Source of the DNA: Acidobacteriota bacterium
Lineage (GTDB): Bacteria; Acidobacteriota; UBA6911; JACQSX01
DNA: 34,949 nucleotides
Direction of reading: 5' to 3'
Assembly: GCA_036507075.1 (NCBI GenBank)
Contig: DASXQR010000196.1
Span: 1 to 34,949, forward strand
The stretch's first letter is position 1. Each line of letters begins with the position of its first letter. The translations under genes and the position numbers were made by a program. This document shows, in pieces, positions 26,481 through 34,858 of this stretch. The notes under the pieces are model-generated. The model was not told where the DNA came from and made no database searches. It saw only the letters and a program-made list of their open reading frames with translations.

Positions 26481-26743
26481 GCGCCCCGGATGGGGCGCTG
26501 AGCCTGTAGCCGGGGGTTGGCGCGTTTTTTGCGCCCACCCCGGTCCGAGAAGCCAAAGTCATTTTTGCGCCCCGGACAGGGCGCTGAGGTGGCCACGCTA
26601 TTGCATTCTTTCGTCCGCCAAAATCACCAGGCTTTCGTCTCAGCGCCCCTCCAGGGCGCTAATGTTTTATAGATCTCGGACCGGGGGTAGGCGCAAAAAA
26701 CGCGCCAACCCCCGGCTACCGGCTCAGCGCCCCTTCCGGGCGC
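26481..26743. mobile_element. 263-bp non-autonomous multi-hairpin element with roughly 70-bp terminal inverted arms
   Basis: 26481-26550 and 26674-26743 are near-perfect reverse complements; inner GCGCCCC..GGGCGCTGAG hairpins at 26567-26588 and 26639-26659. Layout resembles HUH/Y1-transposase-associated REP elements (inference). Confidence 0.65.
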
Positions 26744-26859
26744 CTAGGGCCAACGCATGGAAGAACCACCGACAACGGACCACGGACAACCGACACGCTG
26801 TGTCCTCTGTACTACTAACAGTGAGAATTATCTTGCGAGGGGAAAATTTTTCCTTATAG

Positions 26860-27017
26860 AGCTGAGCCGCGCGTGTAAGCAAGCGGACCCTCCAGAGTGT
26901 CACTTCTGCATCAATGAATCGGTTGTTGTCAGCAATTGGTTACATCGAGGGTCCGCTTGCTTACGCGCGCGGCTCGGCTTTGGTTGCGGCTATGCTGCAC
27001 TGCGCCTCTGTGGTGAA
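26860..27017. repeat. REP doublet (33-bp arms) followed by TTTGGTTGCGGC and CTCTGTGGTGAA half elements
   Basis: 26860-26892 versus 26947-26979, 2 transition mismatches, GTAA loop within the arm. The half elements occupy 26979-27017. Confidence 0.82.
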
Positions 27018-27052
27018 ATCTTTTCTCCGACCAACGGACGACGGACCCCTGC

Positions 27053-28087
27053 CTACCTCGGTTGCTGCTGCGTCACGCAATGCAGGGTTCCCATGCCCCA
27101 GACAAGCGGTTCGCAATTGAGGCCTGTCACGCTCCGGTCTGGAAAGACTTTCCGCAGGATGTCCAGCGCTTTCTCATCGTTGGGATGCGAAAACAGCGGA
27201 ACCAGCACCAGGCCGTTGGCGATGTAGAAATTGGCATAGCTGGCCGGGAGCCGCTCTCCTTTTTCTGTAAAGGCGCGCGGCATGGGTAGTTTGACAATCT
27301 GGTAGGGCTTCCCGGATGCGCTGGTTGCTTTCAGCAGCCGCCGGTAGTTGTCTTCCAGCGGCCTGTAGTTTGGGTCCTGAGGGTCGTCCTCCAGGGCGCA
27401 AACGATGAGGCCAGGGCCGGCAAACCTGGCAATATCGTCAACGTGCCCGTCGGTGTCATCGCCGGAGATTCCCTCGCCCAGCCAGAGAATCTCCTCTACT
27501 CCAAGATAACTCTTCAGTCTTTGCTCGATTTCGTCACGGCTCAGATGCCGATTGCGATTCGGGTTGAGAAGGCACTGTTCGCTTGTTATGCAAACGCCGG
27601 CGCCGTCGACCTCAATGGAGCCTCCTTCCAGGACTATCCCGGGTTCAAAGCGCCGGATGGAGGCCAGAGCTTGCAGCCTGAAAGCAACGTCGTTGTCCTT
27701 CTTCAACTCGTCGTACTTGTTGCCCCATGCATTGAATATCCACTTGTTGTAGGCCAGGGCCCCGTCTGGTCCGAGAAGGAAATTGGGGCCGTAATCGCGA
27801 ATCCAGGCATCCACCGTGCGCACGCGGTGAAACGCTACCCGCTCGCGGCACGTGGAAGACAAAAACCGTCGTTGTAATGATTGCTCAGTCTGTTCATCGT
27901 CGACCAGGACGTTAACAGTTTCATGCGCGCTGAGAAGCGCGATCATGCGCAGGTAGATCTCCTGTACTGCGGGAACGCGGTCGGGCCAGGTGACGGGATC
28001 CTTGGGCCAGGCCAGCCAGGTTGCCGCGTGCGGGTGCCACTCCGGCGGCATCCGATACCCCAGTTCGGCGGGAGTCTTCTGGCTCAT
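27053..28087 (-). CDS. aguA: Agmatine deiminase (peptidyl-arginine deiminase family)
   Basis: MPPEW, WIRDYGP, LEGGSI, DDTDGHVDD, ASYANF and GTLHCVTQQQP (catalytic Cys). Adjacent to aguB. Confidence 0.93.
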   Translation of the reverse strand: MSQKTPAELGYRMPPEWHPHAATWLAWPKDPVTWPDRVPAVQEIYLRMIALLSAHETVNVLVDDEQTEQSLQRRFLSSTCRERVAFHRVRTVDAWIRDYGPNFLLGPDGALAYNKWIFNAWGNKYDELKKDNDVAFRLQALASIRRFEPGIVLEGGSIEVDGAGVCITSEQCLLNPNRNRHLSRDEIEQRLKSYLGVEEILWLGEGISGDDTDGHVDDIARFAGPGLIVCALEDDPQDPNYRPLEDNYRRLLKATSASGKPYQIVKLPMPRAFTEKGERLPASYANFYIANGLVLVPLFSHPNDEKALDILRKVFPDRSVTGLNCEPLVWGMGTLHCVTQQQPR

Positions 28088-28105
28088 TTACCCATGGAAC
28101 ACGAG

Positions 28106-28276
28106 AAAAGCTTGAACCGCGAAGAACGCGAAGAACGCAAAGAATATTAATGTCAGTTCTGTTGCATTGGGCTTGGCGGTGCAATTGTCACACAATCTGG
28201 ACTGTCTACGGGAAGTTAATCGACTAGATCCATTAGAATCTTCGCGTTCTTTGTGTTCTTCGCGGTTCAAGCTTTT
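28106..28276. repeat. 9-nt-period palindrome with about 95-nt unique spacer
   Basis: aaaagcttgaaccgcgaagaacgcgaagaacgcaaaga pairs with tcttcgcgttctttgtgttcttcgcggttcaagctttt. Confidence 0.88.
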
Positions 28277-29187
28277 TGAGTTTTTCTGGCGTTCTTGGCT
28301 TGCGGAGTGTCCAGGAATCTGAGCGAAAGGCCGCTGTAGGTGTCGATGCGCCGATCGCGCAGGAAAGGCCAGTTGCGGCGGGTCTCATCGATAAGGGAAA
28401 GATCGCACTCCACAATCAGAATTTCTTCGCGGTCTTCAGAGCCGCGTGCCAGGATGCGGCCGAAAGGATCGACAACAAATGATTGTCCCCAGAAGTTCAG
28501 CTTACCTTCGCGCCCCACGCGATTTACCACCGCCACGTAAACGCCGTTGGCTATGGCATGACCGCGCTGGATGGTCTCCCATGCCTGATGCTGGGCACGA
28601 TTGACTTCCTTTTTCTCTCCGGAAAGCCATCCAATGGCGGTCGGGTAAAAAAGGAGCTGCGCTCCGGAAAGCGTCGTCAGGCGGGCCGCTTCCGGGAACC
28701 ACTGGTCCCAGCACACGAGCACGCCCACCTTTCCGTATTTCGTCTGGTGGCTCTGGAAACCCAGGTCTCCCGGCGTAAAATAGAACTTCTCGTAATAGAG
28801 GGGATCGTCGGGAATGTGCATCTTCCGATACATTCCAGCGATCTTGCCGGAGGTGTCGATCACGACAGCGGTATTGTGAAACAAACCGGCGGCACGCCTC
28901 TCGAATATAGAAGCGATAATAACGATTTTCTTTTGCCGGGCAATCCTGGCCAGCACTTTTGTGGAGGGACCGGGAATCGTTTCCGCCAACTCAAAGAGCT
29001 TTACGTCTTCAATCTGGCAAAAATACTGCGAGCGAAAAAGTTCCTGGAGGCAAACGACCTGCGCGCCCTTTTCGGCCGCTTCGCCGATTTTCACGACTGC
29101 CCTTTTCAAGTTCTCTTCCGGCTCGGAGCCGCAGCGCATCTGCGCCAGCCCGATAGTCACCGTATCCTTTTTTTTCCGGCGGGCCAT
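28267..29187 (-). CDS. aguB: N-carbamoylputrescine amidase (carbon-nitrogen hydrolase)
   Basis: Glu-Lys-Cys triad motifs LQELF, YRKMHIPDDP and VCWDQWFPE; WPFLRDRR. Likely start ATG at 29187, because the ORF-track extension to 29253 runs into a repeat. Confidence 0.9.
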   Translation of the reverse strand: MARRKKKDTVTIGLAQMRCGSEPEENLKRAVVKIGEAAEKGAQVVCLQELFRSQYFCQIEDVKLFELAETIPGPSTKVLARIARQKKIVIIASIFERRAAGLFHNTAVVIDTSGKIAGMYRKMHIPDDPLYYEKFYFTPGDLGFQSHQTKYGKVGVLVCWDQWFPEAARLTTLSGAQLLFYPTAIGWLSGEKKEVNRAQHQAWETIQRGHAIANGVYVAVVNRVGREGKLNFWGQSFVVDPFGRILARGSEDREEILIVECDLSLIDETRRNWPFLRDRRIDTYSGLSLRFLDTPQAKNARKTQKA

Positions 29188-29210
29188 GCGTCGAAGTATA
29201 GCAGGAACAC

Positions 29211-29373
29211 CCTTGGGGTTCCCGGTTGGCGGATTAGAATATTGAAGGTTCAAAGCTCAGCCGGTTTCGGGTTTTTCAATTTCGAGCTTGATACAGCAAG
29301 GTCGATTTTCAATCTTTAATTTTCTAATTCGCAAACTCGTAACCCGAAAACCCGCAAACTCGCAACCCCGAAG
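29211..29373. repeat. Degenerate 7/8-nt-period palindrome (AACCCGC/AACTCGC family)
   Basis: ggttggcggattagaatattgaaggttcaaa resembles the reverse complement of tttcaatctttaattttctaattcgcaaactc; tandem aacccgaa/aactcgca units at 29331-29370. Confidence 0.6.
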
Positions 29374-29375
29374 GC

Positions 29376-30389
29376 CTAGCCCCGATTTCTCAGCCGATCG
29401 ACCGCTACCGCCAGCACAATAATCGCGCCGATGATGATTTCCTGAATATAATTGGCCCAGCCCATCTGCTGGCAGCCATTGCGCAAAAACGACATGATCA
29501 AAGCGCCGATCATGGATCCCAGGATGCTGCCTTCGCCTCCGCTCAAGCTGCCGCCCCCGATCACCACCGAGGCGATGACATCCAGCTCGGTGCCAATGGC
29601 AACGGTAGGATCCCCTTGGCGCAGGCGCGACATCTGCGTCACCCCGGCCAGTCCAAAGAACAGGCCGGCAATCGTGTAGATTGCAGACTTGAGGCGATCG
29701 ATGGCAATTCCGCAGGCTTTGGCGGCAGCTTCGTTTGATCCCAGGGCAAAGACATGGCGGCCGAAGACCGTGTTTCTCAAGACGATCGACATCAGGATGG
29801 CCAGTGCCACGCAAATCCACACCCCCGGAGCCAGCAGCATCCACGACTGGGCGGGAAAGGTGACGGCAAGCTCGTTGACCCATGTGGGCCGCATGTTGAC
29901 CGTCTGCTGGCCCGCGAGCCACTTAGCGGCTCCGCGGGCGATCCCCAGCATTCCCAACGTGGCAATAAAAGGAATCACTCTAAGACGCGTAATCAGCAGC
30001 CCGTTGACCAGTCCAATCACGCCACCGACGGCGACTCCCGCCAGAACCGCGGCAAAAGGAGGGCCGCCGTCGCGGATGATGACCGCCGTCACGACGCTTG
30101 TCAGGGCAATCACCGAACCCACGGAAAGATCGATGCCGCCACTGATGATGATCACCGTCATGCCGATTGCTCCCAGCGCGACGATGACAGTCTGAGAAAG
30201 GACGATGCGAAAATTGCGAATCGAGAGATATTGCTCTGGGGAATCGGTGAGCAATGCAAAAATCCCGATGACCAGCAGCAGTCCGAGAAAGGGGCCGAGG
30301 CGTCGCAGCCAGTCCTGCCGATTTCGGAATGCGGAATGCGGAATGCGGAATCTGGCAGGGATCACGTTTTTACTCAGATTAAGTTGCAC
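29376..30389 (-). CDS. Sugar ABC transporter permease (RbsC-like); 5' end overlaps a repeat
   Basis: IISGGIDLSVGS, PFIATLG, FGRHVFALGSNE.AA and ELDVIASVVIGGGSLSGG.G motifs. Start position uncertain. Confidence 0.92.
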   Translation of the reverse strand: MQLNLSKNVIPARFRIPHSAFRNRQDWLRRLGPFLGLLLVIGIFALLTDSPEQYLSIRNFRIVLSQTVIVALGAIGMTVIIISGGIDLSVGSVIALTSVVTAVIIRDGGPPFAAVLAGVAVGGVIGLVNGLLITRLRVIPFIATLGMLGIARGAAKWLAGQQTVNMRPTWVNELAVTFPAQSWMLLAPGVWICVALAILMSIVLRNTVFGRHVFALGSNEAAAKACGIAIDRLKSAIYTIAGLFFGLAGVTQMSRLRQGDPTVAIGTELDVIASVVIGGGSLSGGEGSILGSMIGALIMSFLRNGCQQMGWANYIQEIIIGAIIVLAVAVDRLRNRG

Positions 30390-30470
30390 ACATTATTCCG
30401 CATTCCGCATTCCGAAATCCGCAATCGTCAGCCGGTCTGGCTGCGGTTGGCACCGCGTCCCTGTGGTGAA
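30319..30470. repeat. Heptamer palindrome (30319-30427) plus composite half element (30431-30470)
   Basis: Three gcggaat units pair with attccgc units; the reverse complement of 30431-30470 is ttcaccacagggacgcggtgccaaccgcagccagaccggc. Confidence 0.82.
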
Positions 30471-30472
30471 GC

Positions 30473-31972
30473 TCATGCCACGTCCCCCCGGATGGCGGCC
30501 TGCATCACCGTTTCCGGTGTCCATTCCGCGATTGGTCTTGCCGCCGAAAGTCGCCCGCGGCTCATTACCGCCAGTCTGTCGCTCAAACCGAAAAGCTCGG
30601 GAAGATAAGAGCTAACCAGAAGAATTGCTTTTCGTTCGGCTGCGCAGCGCGCGATTATTTCATATACCTTTGCTTTGCTGCCGATGTCGATTCCGCGGGT
30701 GGGCTCGTCCAGCAGCAGCACGTCAGCATCCTGGTGAAGAAGGCGCGCCAGCACAACTTTTTGCTGGTTTCCCCCCGAGAGCGTATGGGCCGCCTGAAGT
30801 TCGGAATTTGCCCGGATCCCGACGGCGTCAATCCAGTTGCGGCACTGCCGGCGTTGCAGCGCCAAATCAAGCCAGCCAAAACGCGAGCAAGACGAAAAGC
30901 GCGTGAGTGTGATGTTGTCGGCCAAAGAGAGGGCCAATGCCAGACCCTCCCCCTTGCGGTCTTCGCTCAGGTAGCCGATTCCGCGGCGGATTTGACGGGC
31001 GGGCCTTGCATTTTTGGGCGCGATGCCCCTCGATTTCAGCTCCACAGTCCCCGATTGCGCGGGATCCAGGCCGAACAGCGATCGGATCATTTGTGTCCGG
31101 CCGGCGCCAACCAGCCCGGCAATTCCCAGGACTTCGCCCCGCCGTAACTGGAAACCGGCATTGCGGACCAGTGGTGGCGAGACAAGATCCTTCACTTCCA
31201 GAACGATTTCGCCCTCGATCAGTGGAGGCCGGTGCGGGAACAGGTTCTCCACCGGTCGGCCGACCATCCTGGTGACCAGATGGTTATCTTCAACCAATTC
31301 CAGCGGGCCGGAATCAACACTACGGCCGTCTCGCAGAACCGTGTAGCGGTCGGCGATCTGTCGGATTTCTTCCAGAAAATGGCTGATGTAAATCACGCTG
31401 ATCTTTTCCCGGCGGAACCGGCGAATCAGATTGAAGAGATGCTCCACATCGGAGCTCTGAAGGCTGCTGGTCGGCTCGTCCATCAGGATGATGCGGGCGC
31501 GCGCGGCCAGCGCCCGGCAGATTTCCACCACCTGGCGAGCCGCCAGTGAAAGTTCGGCAACGCGACGATCGGGTCGAATGTCGGGATGATGAAAACTTTC
31601 GAGCACTTCCAGGGTGTGGCGGCGAATGCGTTTTTGATCGAGCCAGCCTGCCCGGGAAGGCTCCATTCCCATCAGAATGTTCTCCGAAACGGTCAGATGA
31701 GGACAGAGGCAAAGCTCCTGGTGAATCAAGGCAATTCCGTGCCGGCGGGCGTCCATCGGCGAAAGCGGAGCATAGGGGCGGTCGTCGATCTTCATTTCTC
31801 CTGAATCCGGCCGCAGCGAACCGGCCAGGATGTTCATCAATGTGCTTTTTCCCGCGCCATTTTCTCCTATGAGCGCGTGCACCTCGCCCAGTTCCAGGTT
31901 GAAGCTCACGTTGTCGAGGGCGACGGTGGGGCCGAAGGACTTGGAGATGTTGGAAAGCTCGAGGAGCGGCAT
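30473..31972 (-). CDS. Sugar ABC transporter ATP-binding protein (RbsA-like)
   Basis: GENGAGKST, ILMDEPT, LSGGNQQKV and LLLDEPTRGID. Likely start ATG at 31972; the ORF-track start at 31990 lies in the repeat. Confidence 0.95.
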   Translation of the reverse strand: MPLLELSNISKSFGPTVALDNVSFNLELGEVHALIGENGAGKSTLMNILAGSLRPDSGEMKIDDRPYAPLSPMDARRHGIALIHQELCLCPHLTVSENILMGMEPSRAGWLDQKRIRRHTLEVLESFHHPDIRPDRRVAELSLAARQVVEICRALAARARIILMDEPTSSLQSSDVEHLFNLIRRFRREKISVIYISHFLEEIRQIADRYTVLRDGRSVDSGPLELVEDNHLVTRMVGRPVENLFPHRPPLIEGEIVLEVKDLVSPPLVRNAGFQLRRGEVLGIAGLVGAGRTQMIRSLFGLDPAQSGTVELKSRGIAPKNARPARQIRRGIGYLSEDRKGEGLALALSLADNITLTRFSSCSRFGWLDLALQRRQCRNWIDAVGIRANSELQAAHTLSGGNQQKVVLARLLHQDADVLLLDEPTRGIDIGSKAKVYEIIARCAAERKAILLVSSYLPELFGLSDRLAVMSRGRLSAARPIAEWTPETVMQAAIRGDVA

Positions 31973-31985
31973 GCGCTGAAAATTA

Positions 31986-32041
31986 ACCACAAAGGCACAA
32001 AGGACACAAAGATCGCTTCGTGTTCTTTGTGCCTTTGTGGT
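31986..32041. repeat. ACCACAAAGGCACAAAG palindrome, empty form with 4-nt loop
   Basis: Arms at 31986-32011 and 32016-32041, 26 bp, 2 transition mismatches. Confidence 0.9.
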
Positions 32042-32046
32042 GGATA

Positions 32047-33039
32047 CTATTTCACATATTCCTGAATCGGCGGGTGCAGCAGTTCCTGGGAATCGGGATC
32101 GTTCAGATTTTCAGGCGTGACGATCGAAACCCCGGTGTCGACTCGCTTCTCAACCTTCTTGCCTCTCAGGTGGTCCACCATCGCTTTCACGCCGAGATAT
32201 CCCATTCTGAAAGGGTTCTGCAAAACGATGCCCTGCAACTGGTTCTTCTGCATTGCTTCAATGAAAACCTGGGATGAATCGAACCCCACAAACGTGATTT
32301 TCCCCAGCTTATTGATATCCTGCAGCGCCAGCAGCATTCCGGCGGTGGACGATTCGTTGGGAGTAAATACTCCCTGTATTCGCTCTGCGAAGCGGTTCAA
32401 CACATTCTGCGAGGCGCGGTAAGCGGTCTCGCGGGTCGGCCCGGTATACTGCTCGGCCGAAATCACTTCTATTCCCGGATAAGCGGTCTTCAGCCTTGCC
32501 AGGAATCCGGCTTCGCGTTCTTCGGTGCTGGCAGAGCCCTCCTGATAACGGAGCAGCAGCACCTTGCCTTTGCCTTTCAGCCGGGACCCCAGGCGCTCGG
32601 CGCCCAGTTCTCCGCCCTTGTAGTTGTCGGTAGCAACAAAACTGACGATATTGTCCGACTGCAGGCCCGAATCGATGATAACGGTGGGAATGGACGCCCT
32701 GGCCGCTTCTTCTACCGGCCGGACCAGAGCTCGGCTGTCCAGCGGCGCCAGCACGATCCCGTTCACGCCCTGGCTCAGGAACCCCTCCACCACCTGGATC
32801 TGCTGCTCCCGATCGTCTTCGCGCAGCGGGCCTTTCCAGATCAGCGCAATCTCGGTGTCAGGAGTGGCCAGATCACGCGCCGCCTTGATGGCGCCGGCAT
32901 GAATGCTCTTCCAGAATTCGTGAGTGGTGCCCTTGGGAATGACGGCGATGGTAAGTTTGTTGGACTTGCGCTCACCCCTGGAGCAGCCAAACAGCAGCAG
33001 TAAGACCAGGGTCAATAACAGCAGGATGCGTTTCATCAT
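32047..33039 (-). CDS. Sugar ABC transporter substrate-binding lipoprotein
   Basis: Lipobox-like LFG-C; IAVIPKGTTHEFWKSIHAGA, GIVLAP, VATDNYKGG, QNPFRMGY and VDTGV motifs. Confidence 0.92.
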   Translation of the reverse strand: MMKRILLLLTLVLLLLFGCSRGERKSNKLTIAVIPKGTTHEFWKSIHAGAIKAARDLATPDTEIALIWKGPLREDDREQQIQVVEGFLSQGVNGIVLAPLDSRALVRPVEEAARASIPTVIIDSGLQSDNIVSFVATDNYKGGELGAERLGSRLKGKGKVLLLRYQEGSASTEEREAGFLARLKTAYPGIEVISAEQYTGPTRETAYRASQNVLNRFAERIQGVFTPNESSTAGMLLALQDINKLGKITFVGFDSSQVFIEAMQKNQLQGIVLQNPFRMGYLGVKAMVDHLRGKKVEKRVDTGVSIVTPENLNDPDSQELLHPPIQEYVK

Positions 33040-33125
33040 AGCGCGAGCAGTTTACATCACAAGAACATCACGACAAAGACATACCCAAATGCATAAAATG
33101 GTGCGACTTAAGTCGAGATAGAGAA

Positions 33126-34838
33126 GTGAGGCTTTTTTTTCACCACAAAGGCACAAAGGGCACAAAAGATATTCGCGTCCTTTGTGCCTTTGTGGTTTTT
33201 TTGCTTTTGGTCGTCTCCACCCACGGCAACGAACCGGCGCCTCACATCGAATTCACCGACGTCACCCGGCAATCCGGCATTCGCTTCACCAATTTCTCTT
33301 CCCCCGACAAAAAATACATCGTCGAAAGCATGCCTGGCGGCGTCGCTTTCTTCGACTTTGATAATGACGGCCGGCTGGACATTTATTTGGTGAATTCCTA
33401 CACGGTGGAGGCAGCGCTGGCCCACCGCCCGAGGCCGAAAGCGGCTTTGTATCGAAACCTCGGGAACGGTCGATTTGAAGATGTGGCTGCGCGCGCCGGG
33501 GTCGACGATCCGGGTTGGGCCATGGGAGTCGCCGTGGCCGACTACGACAACGATGGTCTGGATGACTTGTACGTGACCTGCTTTGGGCCCAATCGCCTCT
33601 ACCACAATCGCGGCGACGGCACATTTGAGGACGTCACCGAAAAGGCAGGGGTAGGCGATGTTCGATTCTCCACCGGAGCCGCCTGGGGAGATTACGATCG
33701 CGACGGATACCTGGACCTGTTCGTGGCCAACTACGTCGACTTCAAGCTGGACGATCTTCCTGAATTTGGAAAAGGGAAACTGTGCCAGTACCGCGGCGTG
33801 CCGGTCCAGTGCGGCCCGAGGGGGTTGGCCGGCGCGGGCGACACTCTTTATCACAACAACGGAAACGGTACATTTACCGACATTTCAAAGAAGGCGGGCG
33901 TCGACGACGCCGTCGGCTATTACGGCCTGGGCGCCACCTGGACGGATCTGAACGACGACGGCTGGCCCGATCTGTTTGTGGCCAACGATGCAACGCCCAA
34001 CTACGCCTACATCAACAAGCGTGATGGCACCTTCCGCGAAGAAGGCCTGGCCCTGGGCGTGGCGGTCGACGAGAACGGGACCGAGCAGGGAAGCATGGGA
34101 ATTTCCCTGGGAGATTACGATCGCGACGGCCTGCTGGATCTGGTGGTGACCAACTTCAGCGACCAGTACAACACGATTTATCACCGCAACCGCGACGGCA
34201 CATTCACCGACCTGTCGCGGCGCACGAAGACTGCGAACGCAAGCATGCCGTATGTCGGTTGGGGAACAAAGTTCTTCGATTACGACAACGACGGCTGGCT
34301 GGACTTGTTTGTCGCCAACGGCCATGTCTATCCGCAGATCGAAGGCGCGTACCCGGGTGGTTATTACCGCCAGCGCAAGCTCTTTTATCGAAATCTCAGG
34401 GACGGCACCTTCGAGGAAATCGCCGCCCAATCAGGAAAAGCTCTCATGGATCCGCGCGCCTCGCGCGGATGCGCCTTTGGAGATTTTGATCAGGACGGCG
34501 ACGTTGACATTATTGTTAATGACCTGGACGGTCCCCCGATGCTGCTTCGCAACGACGGGGGCTCCCAATCGGGTCATTGGCTGCGCCTGCTGCTGCGCGG
34601 AACAAAGTCCAACCGGAATGCCGTGGGCGCGAAAGTGAAGGTTGTAACGGGCAGCCTGACGCAGGTGGATGAAGTGCGAAGCGGAGACAGTTATCTGTCT
34701 CACTCTGAATGGCAACTGCACTTCGGTCTGGGGACGTCAACGGTGGTAGACGAAATTACGATCCTGTGGCCGAGCGGTCGCAAAGAAACTCTGAAGAAAA
34801 TCGAGGCCGACCGAAATCTGACGGTGACGGAGAAGTAG
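33126..34838 (+). CDS. CRTAC1-family protein (FG-GAP/VCBS repeats plus ASPIC/UnbV domain)
   Basis: Repeated D(F/Y)DxDGxLDL(Y/F)VxN motifs; C-terminal NRNAVGAKV...SYLS...LHFGLG...I.WPSG. Confidence 0.92.
   Translation: MRLFFHHKGTKGTKDIRVLCAFVVFLLLVVSTHGNEPAPHIEFTDVTRQSGIRFTNFSSPDKKYIVESMPGGVAFFDFDNDGRLDIYLVNSYTVEAALAHRPRPKAALYRNLGNGRFEDVAARAGVDDPGWAMGVAVADYDNDGLDDLYVTCFGPNRLYHNRGDGTFEDVTEKAGVGDVRFSTGAAWGDYDRDGYLDLFVANYVDFKLDDLPEFGKGKLCQYRGVPVQCGPRGLAGAGDTLYHNNGNGTFTDISKKAGVDDAVGYYGLGATWTDLNDDGWPDLFVANDATPNYAYINKRDGTFREEGLALGVAVDENGTEQGSMGISLGDYDRDGLLDLVVTNFSDQYNTIYHRNRDGTFTDLSRRTKTANASMPYVGWGTKFFDYDNDGWLDLFVANGHVYPQIEGAYPGGYYRQRKLFYRNLRDGTFEEIAAQSGKALMDPRASRGCAFGDFDQDGDVDIIVNDLDGPPMLLRNDGGSQSGHWLRLLLRGTKSNRNAVGAKVKVVTGSLTQVDEVRSGDSYLSHSEWQLHFGLGTSTVVDEITILWPSGRKETLKKIEADRNLTVTEK
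33142..33196. repeat. ACCACAAAGGCACAAAG palindrome within the 5' end of the CDS
   Basis: Arms at 33142-33163 and 33175-33196; nearly identical to 31986-32041. Confidence 0.88.
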
Positions 34839-34858
34839 CCTCTCCTCCACCAGGTACA

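Noticed and set aside
28144..28238. Spacer of the aguB-aguA palindrome as a decayed GxxExxY gene
   Set aside because: Only a faint resemblance in one frame and no GxxExxY motif.
33040..33125. Operator or promoter in the divergent gap (ACATCAC twice, palindrome CGACTTAAGTCG at 33104-33115)
   Set aside because: The motifs are short, occur once, and no regulator gene is nearby.
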